From NCBI GenBank assembly GCA_964016885.1, contig OZ024747.1, forward strand, positions 11,284,001 to 11,348,000: a stretch of 64,000 nt of DNA, in the 5' to 3' direction. Position 1 is the stretch's first letter. Every line of letters begins with the position of its first letter. The stretch is from Eledone cirrhosa (lineage: Eukaryota). Positions 52,360-64,000 of the stretch are shown in pieces. The translations under genes and the position numbers were made by a program. The notes beneath the pieces are model-generated. The model made no database searches. It saw nothing but the letters and a program-made list of their open reading frames with translations, and was not told the origin of the DNA.

Positions 52360-52900
52360 TATTTCGGTCACAATTGACCATGAGATTTACACCTATAATC
52401 TTCCCCTCTGAGACACAAGTCTGGGGACAAGGTGTTTTTTTTCTGGAAGACCAGCAGTCCCCCATACATACCAGTCTCCCCTCTCCACACCATGGATGTT
52501 ATCTATCTTCTTGGGGACCTTGCTTCAACCACAGATCTTGTCTGTGGCCTTCAGCAGGTTATCTCTTATGGACACCCACTGTTCTTCTATGTTGTAAGTC
52601 TCTCACTTCTTCCTTACTGCCAAAAGCATCAGGCAAGACACTCCTGAATTTATTACAAGTCGAGGATTAGCTCAGCTTTCATCTTCTCTTCAAATTGATG
52701 TGGCTCTAACTTTAAGTTGCCAACTACTAGGTTATGTTGGAAGGTGTACTTGTCCCCAGGGAGGGACTTTGTGTTTGCAACCATCAATCTATCTTGACTT
52801 CTTGTGAGAATAAAATTTATCTGGTTAGTGTTGCTCGCCTGATTTTTAGGTGATCCGGTGACCAGGTGATTTTCTAAAGTTACTGTAGCTCTCCTCATGT
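52360..52900 (-). mobile_element. Degraded RTE LINE AP-endonuclease/linker fragment
   Basis: NQINFILTR...NTKSLPG...QHNLVVG corresponds to the QID(Y/F)IL...(D/Q)HxLV motifs of the APE domain. Confidence 0.7.
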
Positions 52901-53359
52901 ATAGGTGACCAGGTATTGTAGATAGTTAATAAATATAAACAAAACATATTTGTTTTGCTTTTATTTTGTTTTTGTTTTATTTCTTTTTTTAATATAAAAC
53001 CCATCCATCTTCCAAAAGGCTGCACTTAAAATCTGCATGGGGCCTTTAAAATCTGAAGTTCCACACACCTGTTACTGACCATTTGTCAACTGCTGGCTGT
53101 TGTAAATGAAACCACACACAGACACACAGATGCATGTTACATACCAACTTTATTATAATAAGCTTCTTCTTCTTCTTCTTCTCCTCCTCCTATGAGACTG
53201 GGGTCCACCACAGTAAAGACCTTGAGGAAAGAAGTGGCAGTAGACCTGACATAAAGGAGAACCACCGTGTCTATCAACCAGATGTTGACTGAATCATTGA
53301 AAGAAATCTACAAGAAATGTCATCCTAACATATACATATCTATCTCTCTCTATATACAT

Positions 53360-53421
<62 letters not shown>

Positions 53422-53519
53422 TTAATATGGTGGGGAGAATTAAAATCTTTCCTATCTTTTGCAAATGTTAGTATAATGTCAACGTTATCTATATAACTTG
53501 TATCTTTTTTATATTAGGT

Positions 53520-54060
53520 AGGGTGGTGGTGGTGGTGGTGGTGGTGGTAGTGGTTTTGTTGGTCGCGTTGGTGCTGGTGTTGCTGCTGGTGGTAGTGGTG
53601 GTGTTGGTGCTGGTGGTAGTGGTGGTGTTGCTGCTGGTGGTGGTGCTGGTGCTGGTGGTGGTAGTGGTTTTGTTGGTCGCGTTGGTGCTGGTGCTGGTGC
53701 TGGCGTTGGTGGTGTTGCTGCTGGTGGTGGTGGTGGTGGTGGTGGTGGTAGTGGTAGTGGTTTTGTTGGTGGCGTTGGTGGTGTTGGTGGTGGTAGTGGT
53801 GGTGTTGCTGCTGGTGGTGGTGTTGGTGGTGTTGCTGCTGGTGGTGGTGTTGGTGGTGGTGGTGGTAGTGGTAGTGGTAGTGGTTTTGTTGGTGGCGTTG
53901 GTGGTGTTGGTGGTGGTAGTGGTGGTGTTGCTGGTGGTGGTGGTGTTGCTGCTGGTGCTGGCGTTGGTGGTGGTGGTGGTAGTGGTAGTGGTTTTGTTGG
54001 TGGCGTTGGTGGTGTTGGTGGTGGTAGTGGTGGTGGTGGTGGTGTTGCTGCTGTTGGCAG
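53520..54060. repeat. Degenerate (GGT)n tract
   Basis: Direct inspection. The poly-V/L ORF is an artefact. Confidence 0.93.
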
Positions 54061-54632
54061 TGCTAGAAATATATTTATTTGTAATTAGGGGAGGTAATCT
54101 TCCACCTGAATCATCTATCTATCTCTATCTGTCTGTCTCTCTCTATCTATTTGCCTCTCACTGCCCCTTCTCTCTATCTACCTCTTCCTCTCATGCTATC
54201 TATATCTGTCTGTCTGTCTATTTACCCCCCCCCCCCCCTCGCTATCTATCTATCACCAACGACTCTCCAGTCTCAACATTAACTGCCAGTTTAACATGAC
54301 GCCTCCAGCAAGAAAAAAATCACAGAAACCTAAGAAACAAAAGGAATTTATTGCGAAATAAACCCAAACAAAATGTTGACAATGGAAGAATTCCTGTAGA
54401 GAATCCATGGAGTGATTAATGTTTTGTTGTTAATGAACAATCAAAAGCAGGCATGGTTATTGATTCTTTGAGAACAATTCATAAATAACCGAGATCAATG
54501 TTATTTCATATTGAATCGATTAATTGATTATCTTCTTTCAAATGTTGCTCAAAAATTTAATTTCTTCTCTATTGTAGATCTTCATTGAATATATGTAAAA
54601 AAATAAAACTACCAGATGGGGGAGAGAGAGAG

Positions 54633-54708
<76 letters not shown>

Positions 54709-55411
54709 GGGGGCATTTAAAAAGTGGTCTTTATAAAACTACCAGTTACAGAGAGATGAGTGGAAATGAGGAGAGAAAGATGGGGCCATTTTAAAGCTAG
54801 TCTTTATAAAACTACCCAGATTGGTGATACAATATATTGTCAAGGATCTACCAACCATAAACAAGATCTTTCAATACATGGAGATTATGAAAAGATTTAA
54901 CAACAAAAACATTAGCAGTCTGAAAGAGAGAGGGAGAAGAAAAACATTTTAAAACTGGTCTTCAAGAAACAACCATGATTGAAGAGCTATGTCAACCAGT
55001 TGCTGTTGTGTAGGACATATTTGGCTATTGGCTGGATCTGTTGTGAAGGTAACACTGCCATCATACTTTAGTCAAAAAGGGCTGACAGTTTTCATTAACC
55101 TGGTAGCCAGAGGTTATGTGGAGGACACAGTTGAAAGAGTTGAGAACAAGCACTTTCCTCATCAGAGAGGGCCTAATTAACTTTTTCAAGTTTTACTTGA
55201 AGATGAAAATCAAGGTAGAGAGAGAGAAGTGCAGCCCTCCAACCAGTTTTTTCAAAAGTTGGGGGAGTATGGCAAGTATAGTTCAAGTGAATGGGTCTGC
55301 TCTGAGTATGCACCTGTACAGAGCCAGATTTAACGGGGTGGGGCAAAAGGGGCAATTTCCTCAGGTCCCACACCAGGTCGTGTGGCTAATAAAGAAATCA
55401 TTATTATTATT

Positions 55412-56408
55412 AGTCATAGATATATACACACACACACACATAAATACACGCAGACATACACACTCACATATTTACATACATATACACACTCAGACACAGA
55501 CATACACACACACTGACACACTTACATACACAGAGATACAGTAAAATTGCTTAAGTTTGACACTTTAAAGTATATTCCCTTATCTGTGAAATAAGATCTG
55601 AAAATAGCAAAAATATCAATTCTTGATCCTAGACAATAATAATAATAATAATTGTTTCTACTTTAGGCACAAGGCCAGCAATTACCCAGTGCATTACTGG
55701 TGCTTTATTCTTACGGGGTCGATAAAATAAAGTACCAGTAATGCACTGAGTAATTGCTGGCCTTGTGCCTAAAGTAGAAACAATTATTATTATTATTTGA
55801 TTGGATTGGCAGTATAGGTAGAGTGTCGGACAACATGCTTTATGGCATAGAGTTATGCCCCTTTATGATCTTAGTTCAAATTTCACCGAGGTTAGCTTTG
55901 CCTTTCATCCTTATGGGGTCAATAAAATAAAGTACCAGTAATGCACTGGGGTTAATTTAATCACCCCCCCCCCCCTTTAAAAAAATTGATGGCCTTGTGC
56001 CTAAATCAGAAACCATTATTATTATTATTTTGGCAATATCGGTAGAGCATCAGACACGAGTTCAAATCTGCCGAGGTTAACTTTGCCTTTCATCCTTACG
56101 GGAACACTAGAATAAAGTACCAGTAATGCACTGGGATAATTGCTGGCTTTGTGCCAAAAGTAGAAACATTATTATTATTATTATTGTCTAGGATCAAGAA
56201 TTGATATTTTTGCTATTTTCTGATCTTATTTCACAGATAAGGGAATATACTTTAAAGTGTCTAACTTAAGCAATTTTACTGTATCTCTGTGTATGTAAGT
56301 GTGTCAGTGTGTGTGTATGTCTGTGTCTGAGTGTGTATATGTATGTAAATATGTGAGTGTGTATGTCTGCGTGTCTTTATGTGTGTCTGTGTGTGTATAT
56401 CTATGACT
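55412..56408. repeat. Nested inverted duplication (about 300-bp outer arms)
   Basis: 55412-55710 is the reverse complement of about 56108-56408. An inner IR spans about 55647-55710 / 55725-55797. Confidence 0.9.
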
Positions 56409-56449
56409 GTGTGTATGTCTGAGTGTGTGTTTAGAGTGAGAGAGACAAA

Positions 56450-57015
56450 AACACTACACATACAGAGCACATACACAGCACACACATACACAGCACAACA
56501 CACACATACACAGCACAACACACATACACAGCACACACATACACAGCACACACAAACACACATACACAGCATAGCACACACAAACACACAGCACAGTACA
56601 CACAAACACACACACACAGCACAGCACACACAAACACACATACACAGCAAAGCACACACAAACACACATACAGAGCACAACAAACACACATACACAGCAC
56701 ATCACACACAAACACACATACACAGCAAAGCACACACAAATACACATACACATACACAGCACAGCACACACATACACAGCACACACAAACACAGCATAGC
56801 ACACACAAATACACATACACATACACAGCACAGCACACACATACACAGCACACACAAACACAGCATAGCACACACAAATACACATACACATACACAGCAC
56901 AGCACACACATACACAGCACACACAAACACAGCATAGCACACACAAATACACATACACATACACAGCACAGCACACACATACACAGCACACACAAACACA
57001 GCATAGCACACAAAT
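56450..57015. repeat. CA-rich minisatellite with 60-bp higher-order units
   Basis: Direct inspection. Confidence 0.92.
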
Positions 57016-57384
57016 ACTGGACAGAAGTTTAGGTAAGATAATCTGAATAGGATTAAATATTTTTAATAATTGAAAGATGGAAAGATCAAGAAAGGCCACT
57101 GACCCATGACCACAAATAATGTTGTTGACGAGGACATCTTGTCCTTGTACCACTAACTCACGGTTTGTTTGAGGTACTTGATTCTCGGTTTTAGTTTCAG
57201 AAGATCCTGTTAAGGGTGAAAGCAGCGTTTCTTTGCTTAAACTTTAATCTGTTATTTAAAAAAATATTTGCTCTAGGGTTCTTATATATTTGATATATAT
57301 TTATCCTTATCGAGCCCTCTTTGGATTTTAGTCTTCACATTTATTATTACTATATAGATAGATAGATAGATATATTTGAGGCAG

Positions 57385-57422
<38 letters not shown>

Positions 57423-58544
57423 CTCCCTGAAATAATTCGATTGGTATCTGCTACACTGCGTCTACAACTTTGATTTATACCCATTATATATATATATCAT
57501 CACCATCATCATTGTTTAATGTCTATTTTCCACACTAGCATGGGTTAGACGAGTTGTCCTGTTGAGACAAGCCAGATAAAATGACTATGTCTTGCTCATA
57601 CAGAACTGATTTGGGCTTGGTTTCTACAGCTGGATGTCCTTCCTAACACCAACTGCATTTACAGTTTGGATTGGGCACTTTTTATTGTGATTCCTACATG
57701 GCAACTTTACAGTGTGGACTGGGTGCTTTTTGTCATGGTACCAAGATGACAACTTTATAGTGTGGATTGGGGACTTGGGTGGGGGAAATGCATGGGGAAT
57801 TGGAGTGTATATATATATATATATATATTTTTTTTAAATATTTAGTTAAATGCCCTCAGCCAGTAACAAATTCAGAGGTATTTTGCTTGATGCTTACGAC
57901 AGTAAGGAAGAACAAATAGAGACATACCATATAGAGGAGCATTGGGGGTTCCTGAAATATAATCTGCTGTGGTTGGAGCAGAGCTACAGAGAAAAGGAGA
58001 GTGACTTGGTGGTGAAACAGTGAGGTAGATGAGACAATTAAGGGCAAGAGACAGGCATAGAAAGAATGGAAGGAAGAGGGAGCTAGGCAACAAGTATATT
58101 TTGCAAGGAGTGAAGCAGAAGATAAACATTTAAGCATGTTTTGCAATGTGAAGACCAGAGGTATGAGGTGTTTAGGATCAGGAGGTAATGTGTCAGAGAA
58201 AATTGTGATGTCATTGGAGAGAAGAGTGTCCAAGATGATAAAGGATATATATATATACACACATAGGCATATATATTTACACATACATACACACATATAT
58301 ATGCAAGCATGAAAAAAGCTGTGATGATGATATATATATATATATGCACACATGGATATACACAGACAGACACACAGACATATATATACATTCATAGATA
58401 TATTTTCTAGTCATGTATGTGGAACCAAATACTATAGGAGACATGACAGTAAAGCACCATGTTATCTGTGTCTTATCACTGATATTTTACTTCTGGTATC
58501 ACAGTGGTTACATCATTGCTGGATATAGCTGTCTGATTCTCAGT

Positions 58545-61500
58545 TCTGCTGTTGTTGCTCACTTGGTCACTCTAGCATCTAGCTGTTGTTGTTGCTCACT
58601 TGGTCACTCTAGCCTCTAGCTGTTGTTGTTGGTCACTTGGTCACTCTAGCCTCTAGCTGCTGTTGTGGGTCACTTGGTCACTCTAGCCTCTAGCTGTTGT
58701 TGTTGGTCACTTGGTCGCTCTAGCCTCTAGCTGCTGTTGTGGGTCACTTGGTCACTCTAGCCTCTAGCTGTTGTTGTTGGTCACTTGGTCACTCTAGCCT
58801 CTAGCTGCTGTTGTGGGTCACTTGGTCACTCTAGCATCTAGCTGTTGTTGTTGCTCACTTGGTCACTCTAGCATCTAGCTGTTGTTGCTCACTTGGTCAC
58901 TCTAGCATCTAGCTGTTGTTGTTGGTCACTCTAGCCTCTAGCTGTTGTTGTTGCTCACTTGGTCACTCTAGCCTCTAGCTGTTGTTGTTGGTCACTCTAG
59001 CCTCTAGCTGCTGTTGTGGGTCACTTGGTCACTCTAGCTTCTAGCTGCTGTTGTGGGTCACTTGGTCACTCTAGCCTCTAGCTGCTGTTGCTTGTCACTT
59101 GGTCACTCTAGCCTCTAGCTGCTGTTGTGGGTCACTTGGTCACTCTAGCCTCTAGCTGCTGTTGTGGGTCACTTGGTCACTCTAGCCATCTAGCTGCTTG
59201 AGTTGGTCACTGGGTCACTCTAGCCTCTAGCTGTTGTTGTTGGTCACTTAGTCACTCTAGCCTCTAGCTGCTGGTGTTGGTCACTTGGTCACTCTAGCCT
59301 CTAGCTGCTGTTGTTGGTCACTTGGTCACTCTAGCCTCTAGCTGCTGTTGTTGGTCACTTGGTCACTCTAGCCGCTGGTGTTGGTCACTTGGTCACTCTA
59401 GCCTCTAGCTGCTGTTGTTGGTCACTTGGTCACTCTAGCCTCTAGCTGCTGTTGTTGGTTACTCTAGCCTCTAGCTGCTGGTGTTGGTCACTTGGTCACT
59501 CTAGCCTCTATCTGCTGGTGTTGGTCACTTGGTCACTCTAGCTTCTAGCTGCTGGTGTTGGTCACTCTAGCCTCTAGCTGCTGTTGTGGGTCACTTGGTC
59601 ACTCTAGCTTCTAGCTGCTGTTGCTTGTCACTTGGTCACTCTAGCCTCTAGCTGCTGGTGTTGGTCACTTGGTCACTCTAGCTACTAGCTGCTGTTGCTT
59701 GTCACTTGGTCACTCTAGCCACTAGCTGTTGTTGTTGGTCACTTGGTCACTCTAGCCTCTAGCTGCCGGTGTTGGTCACTTGGTCACTTTAGCCTCTAGC
59801 TGTTGTTGTTGGTCACTTGGTCACTCTAGCATCTAGATGATGTTGTTGATCACTTGGTCACTCTAGCATCTAGCTGATGTTGCTTGTCACTTGGTCACTC
59901 TAGCATCTAGATGCTGTTGTTGATCACTTGGTCACTCTAGCATCTAGCTGTTGTTGTTGGTCACTTGGTCACTCTAGCCTCTAGCTGTTGTTGTTGGTCA
60001 CTTGATCACTCTAGCCTCTAGCTGATGTTGAGGGTCACTTGGTCACTCTAGCATCTAGCTGTTGTTGTTGGTCACTTGGTCACTCTAGCCTCTAGCTGCT
60101 GTTGCTTGTCACTTGGTCACTCTAGCCTCTAGCTGCTGTTGTGGGTCCTTTGGTCACTCTAGCCTCTAGCTGCTGTTGTGGGTCACTTGGTCACTCTAGC
60201 CTCTAGCTGCTGTTGTGGGTCACTTGATCACTCTAGCTTCTAGCTGCTGTTGCTTGTCACTTGATCACTCTAGCCTCTAGCTGCTGTTGTGGGTCACTTG
60301 GTCACTCTAGCCTCTAGCTGCTGCTGTTGTGGGTCACTTGGTCACTCTAGCCTCTAGCTGCTATTGTGGGTCACTTGGTCACTCTAGCCTCTAGCTGCTG
60401 TTGTGGGTCACTTGGTCACTCTAGCCTCTATCTTGTGTTGTGGGTCACTTGGTCACTCTAGCCTCTAGCTGCTGTTGTGGGTCACTTGGTCACTCTAGCA
60501 TCTAGCTGCTGGTGTTGGTCACTTGGTCACTCTAGCTTCTAGCTGCTGTTGTTGGTCACTTGGTCACTCTATCCTCTAGTTGCTGTTGTTGGTCACTTGG
60601 TCACTCTAGCTTCTAGCTGCTGTTGTGGGTCACTTGGTCACTCTAGCCTCTAGTTCTTGTTGTTGGTCACTTGGTAACTCTAGCCTCTAGCTGCTGTTGT
60701 GGGTCAAGTGGTCACTCTAGCTGCTGTTGTGGGTCACTTGGTCACTCTAGCCTCTAGCTGCTGATGTTGGTCACTCTAGCCATCTAGCTGCTGTTGTGGG
60801 TCACTTGGTCACTCTAGCATCTAGCTGCTGTTGCTTGTCACTTGGTCACTCTAGCATCTAGCTGCTGTTGTTGGTCACTTGATCACTCTAGCATCTAGCT
60901 GTTGTTGTTGGTCACTTGGTCACTCTAGCCTCTAGCTGCTGTTGCTTGTCACTTGGTCACTCTAGCCTCTAGCTGCTGTTGTGGGTCACTTGGTCACTCT
61001 AGCCTCTAGCTGCTGGTGTTGGTCACTTGGTCACTCTAGCTTCTAGCTGCTGTTGCTTGTCACTTGGTCACTCTAGCATCTAGCTGTTGTTGTTGGTCAC
61101 TTGGTCACTCTAGCCTCTAGCTGCTGTTGCTTGTCACTAGGTCACTCTAGCATCTAGCTGTTGTTGGTCATTCTAGCCTCTAGCTGGTGTTGTGGGTCAC
61201 TTGGTCACTTTAGCATCTAGCTGCTGTTGCTTGTCACTAGGTCACTCTAGCATCTAGCTGTTGTTGTTGGTCACTTGGTCACTCTAGCCTCTAACTGCTG
61301 TTGTGGGTCACTTGGTCACTCTAGCCTCTAGCTGTTGCTGTTGGTCACTCTAGCTTCAAGCTGTTGTTGTTTGCCACTTGATCACTCTAGCCTCTAGCTG
61401 CTGTTGTGGGTCACTTGGTCACTCTAGCCTGTAGCTGTTGTTGCTTGTGACTTGGACACTCTAGTATCTAGATGCTGTTGTGGGTCAGTTGGTGACTCTA

Positions 61501-64000
61501 GCCTCTAGCTGCTGTTGCTTGTCACTTGGTCACTCTAGCATCTAACTGCTGTTGTGGGTCAGTTGGTGACTCTAGCCTCTAGCTGTTGTTGCTTGTCACT
61601 TGGTCACTCTAGCATCTAGCTGCTGTTGTGGGTCACTTGGTGACTCTAGCATCTAGCTGCTGTTGTGGGTCACTTGGTGACTCTAGACTCTAGCTGTTGT
61701 TGTGGGTCACTTGGTCACTCTAGTATCTAGATGCTGTTGTGGGTCAGTTGGTGACTCTAGCATCTAGCTGTTGTTGCTTGTCACTTGGTCACTCTAGCAT
61801 CTAGCTGCTGTTGTGGGTCACTTGGTCACTCTAGCCTCTAGCTGTTGTTGTTGGTCACTTGGTCACTCTAGCATCTAGCTGTTGTTGTTGGTCACTTGGT
61901 CACTCTAGCATCTAGCTGATGTTGTTGGTCACTTGGTCACTCTATCCTCTAGTTGCTGTTGTTGGTCACTTGGTCACTCTAGCTTCTAGCTGCTGTTGTG
62001 GGTCACTTGGTCACTCTAGCCTCTAGCTGCTGTTGTGGGTCACTTGGTCACTCTAGCATCTAGCTGCTGTTGTGGGTCACTTGGTCACTCTAGCCTCTAG
62101 CTGCTGTTGTGGGTCAAGTGGTCACTCTAGCTGCTGTTGTGGGTCACTTGGTCACTCTAGCCTCTAGCTGCTGATGTTGGTCACTCTAGCCTCTAGCTGC
62201 TGTTGTGGGTCACTTGGTCACTCTAGCATCTAGCTGCTGTTGTGGGTCACTTGGTCACTCTAGCATCTAGCTGCTGTTGCTTGTCACTAGGTCACTCTAG
62301 CATCTAGCTGTTGTTGTTGGTCACTTGGTCACTCTAGCCATCTAGCTGTTTTTGTTGGTCACTTGGTCACTCTAGCCTCTAACTGCTGTTGTGGGTCACT
62401 TGGTCACTCTAGCCTCTAACTGCTGTTGTGGGTAACTTGGTCACTCTAGCCTCTAGCTGCTGTTGTGGGTCACTTGGTCACTCTAGCCTCTAGCTGTTGT
62501 TGTTGGTCACTTGGTCACTCTAGCATCTAGCTGCTGTTGTGGGTCACTTGGTCACTCTAGCCTCTAGCTGCTGTTGTGGGTCACTTGGTCACTCTAGCAT
62601 CTAGCTGCTGTTGCTTGTCACTAGGTCACTCTAGCATCTAGCTGTTGTTGTTGGTCACTTGGTCACTCTAGCCATCTAGCTGTTTTTGTTTGTCACTTGG
62701 TCACTCTAGCCTCTAACTGCTGTTGTGGGTAACTTGGTCACTCTAGCCTCTAACTGCTGTTGTGGGTCACTTGGTCACTCTAGCCTCTAGCTGTTGTTGT
62801 TGGTCACTCTAGCATCTAGCTGCTGTCGTGGGTCACTTGGTCACTCTAGCCTCTAACTGCTGTTGTGGGTCACTTGGTCACTCTAGCATCTAGCTGTTGT
62901 TGTTGGTCACTTGGTCACTCTAGCCTCTAACTGCTGTTGTGGGTCACTTGGTCACTCTAGCCTCTAGCTGTTGCTGTTGGTCACTCTAGCTTCAAGCTGT
63001 TGTTGTTTTCCACTTGATCACTCTAGCCTCTAGCTGCTGTTGTGGGTCACTTGGTCACTCTAGCCTCTATCTGCTGTTGTGGGTCACTTGGTCACTCTAG
63101 CCTCTAGCTGTTGTTGCTTGTCACTTGGTCACTCTAGTATCTAGATGCTGTTGTGGGTCAGTTGGTGACTCTAGCCTCTAGCTGTTGTTGCTTGTCACTT
63201 GGTCACTCTAGCCTCTAATTGTTGTTGGTGACTTGGTTTCTCTAGCCTCTAGTTGTTGTTGTAGGTCAGTTGATCACTCTAGCATCTAACTGTTGTTGTT
63301 GGTCACTTGGTCACTCTAGCATCTAGCTGCTGTTGTGGGTCACTTGGTCACTCTAGCCTCTAGCTGCTGTTGTTGGTCACTTGGTCACTCTAGCCTCTAA
63401 CTGCTGTTGTGGGTAACTTGGTCACTCTAGCCTCTAGCTGCTGTTGTGGGTCACTTGGTCACTCTAGCATCTAGCTGCTGTTGCTTGTCACTTGGTCACT
63501 CTAGCCATCTAGCTGTTGTTGTTGGTCACTTGGTCACTCTAGCCTCTAGCTGTTGTTGTTGGTCACTTGGTCACTCTAGCATCTAGCTGCTGTTGCTTGT
63601 CACTTGGTCACTCTAGCCATCTAGCTGCTGTTGTGGGTCACTTGGTCACTCTAGCCTCTAGCTGTTGTTGTTGGTCACTTGGTCACTCTAGCCTCTAACT
63701 GCTGTTGTGGGTAACTTGGTCACTCTAGCCTCTAGCTGCTGTTGTGGGTCACTTGGTCAATCTAGCATCTAGCTGCTGTTGCTTGTCACTTGGTCACTCT
63801 AGCAGCTAGCTGCTGTTGTTGGTAACTTGGTCACTCTAGCCTCTAGCTGCTGTTGCTTGTCACTAGGTCACTCTAGCCTCTAGCTGCTGTTGTGGGTCAC
63901 TTGGTCACTCTAGCCTCTAGCTGTTGTTGTTGGTCACTCTAGCATCTAGCTGCTGTTGTGGGTCACTTGGTCACTGTAGCCTCTAGCTGGTGTCGTGGGT
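58545..64000. repeat. 37-bp satellite (ggtcacttggtcactctagcctctagctgctgttgtg), about 150 units, running off the window end
   Basis: Continuous tandem array with variant units; no ORFs in the six-frame track. Confidence 0.97.

Noticed and set aside
53523-54299. 258-aa poly-Val/Leu 'membrane protein'
   Set aside because: (GGT)n-derived low-complexity repeat with a non-ATG start.
58545-64000. 37-bp array as a CRISPR or coding repeat
   Set aside because: No unique spacers, units are directly abutting, and CTAG gives frequent stops on both strands.

Overview
Eukaryotic, AT-rich, microsatellite-dense genomic DNA. It is most likely an octopus (inferred from the SINE, RTE-tail and (TA)n/(CA)n repeat landscape). 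The only protein-coding gene I can support is on the minus strand: a KIAA0232/DUF4603-like gene with 8 coding exons (21247->3576, about 2808 aa by my count). It has one 6.5-kb internal exon and a C-terminal tandem CCCH zinc-finger pair, and all seven introns are GT-AG and phase-consistent. Putative 5'-leader exons (about 33.6-33.8 kb and 22.0-22.5 kb) carry uORFs, including a 48-nt tandem repeat that places a strong-context AUG every 48 nt. The rest of the window holds TE debris (mariner, RTE and CRE LINE ends, a Penelope-like GIY-YIG fragment, a non-autonomous Helitron, TTAA MITEs, SINEs), minisatellites and a >5.4-kb 37-bp satellite. The most striking non-coding signal is at least five sequence-unrelated minimal type-I hammerhead ribozyme motifs. 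They sit in small modules inserted in (TA)n tracts, several as fold-back palindromes, consistent with non-autonomous Penelope/retrozyme-like elements. All calls are from reading the sequence; no database searches or folding programs were run.
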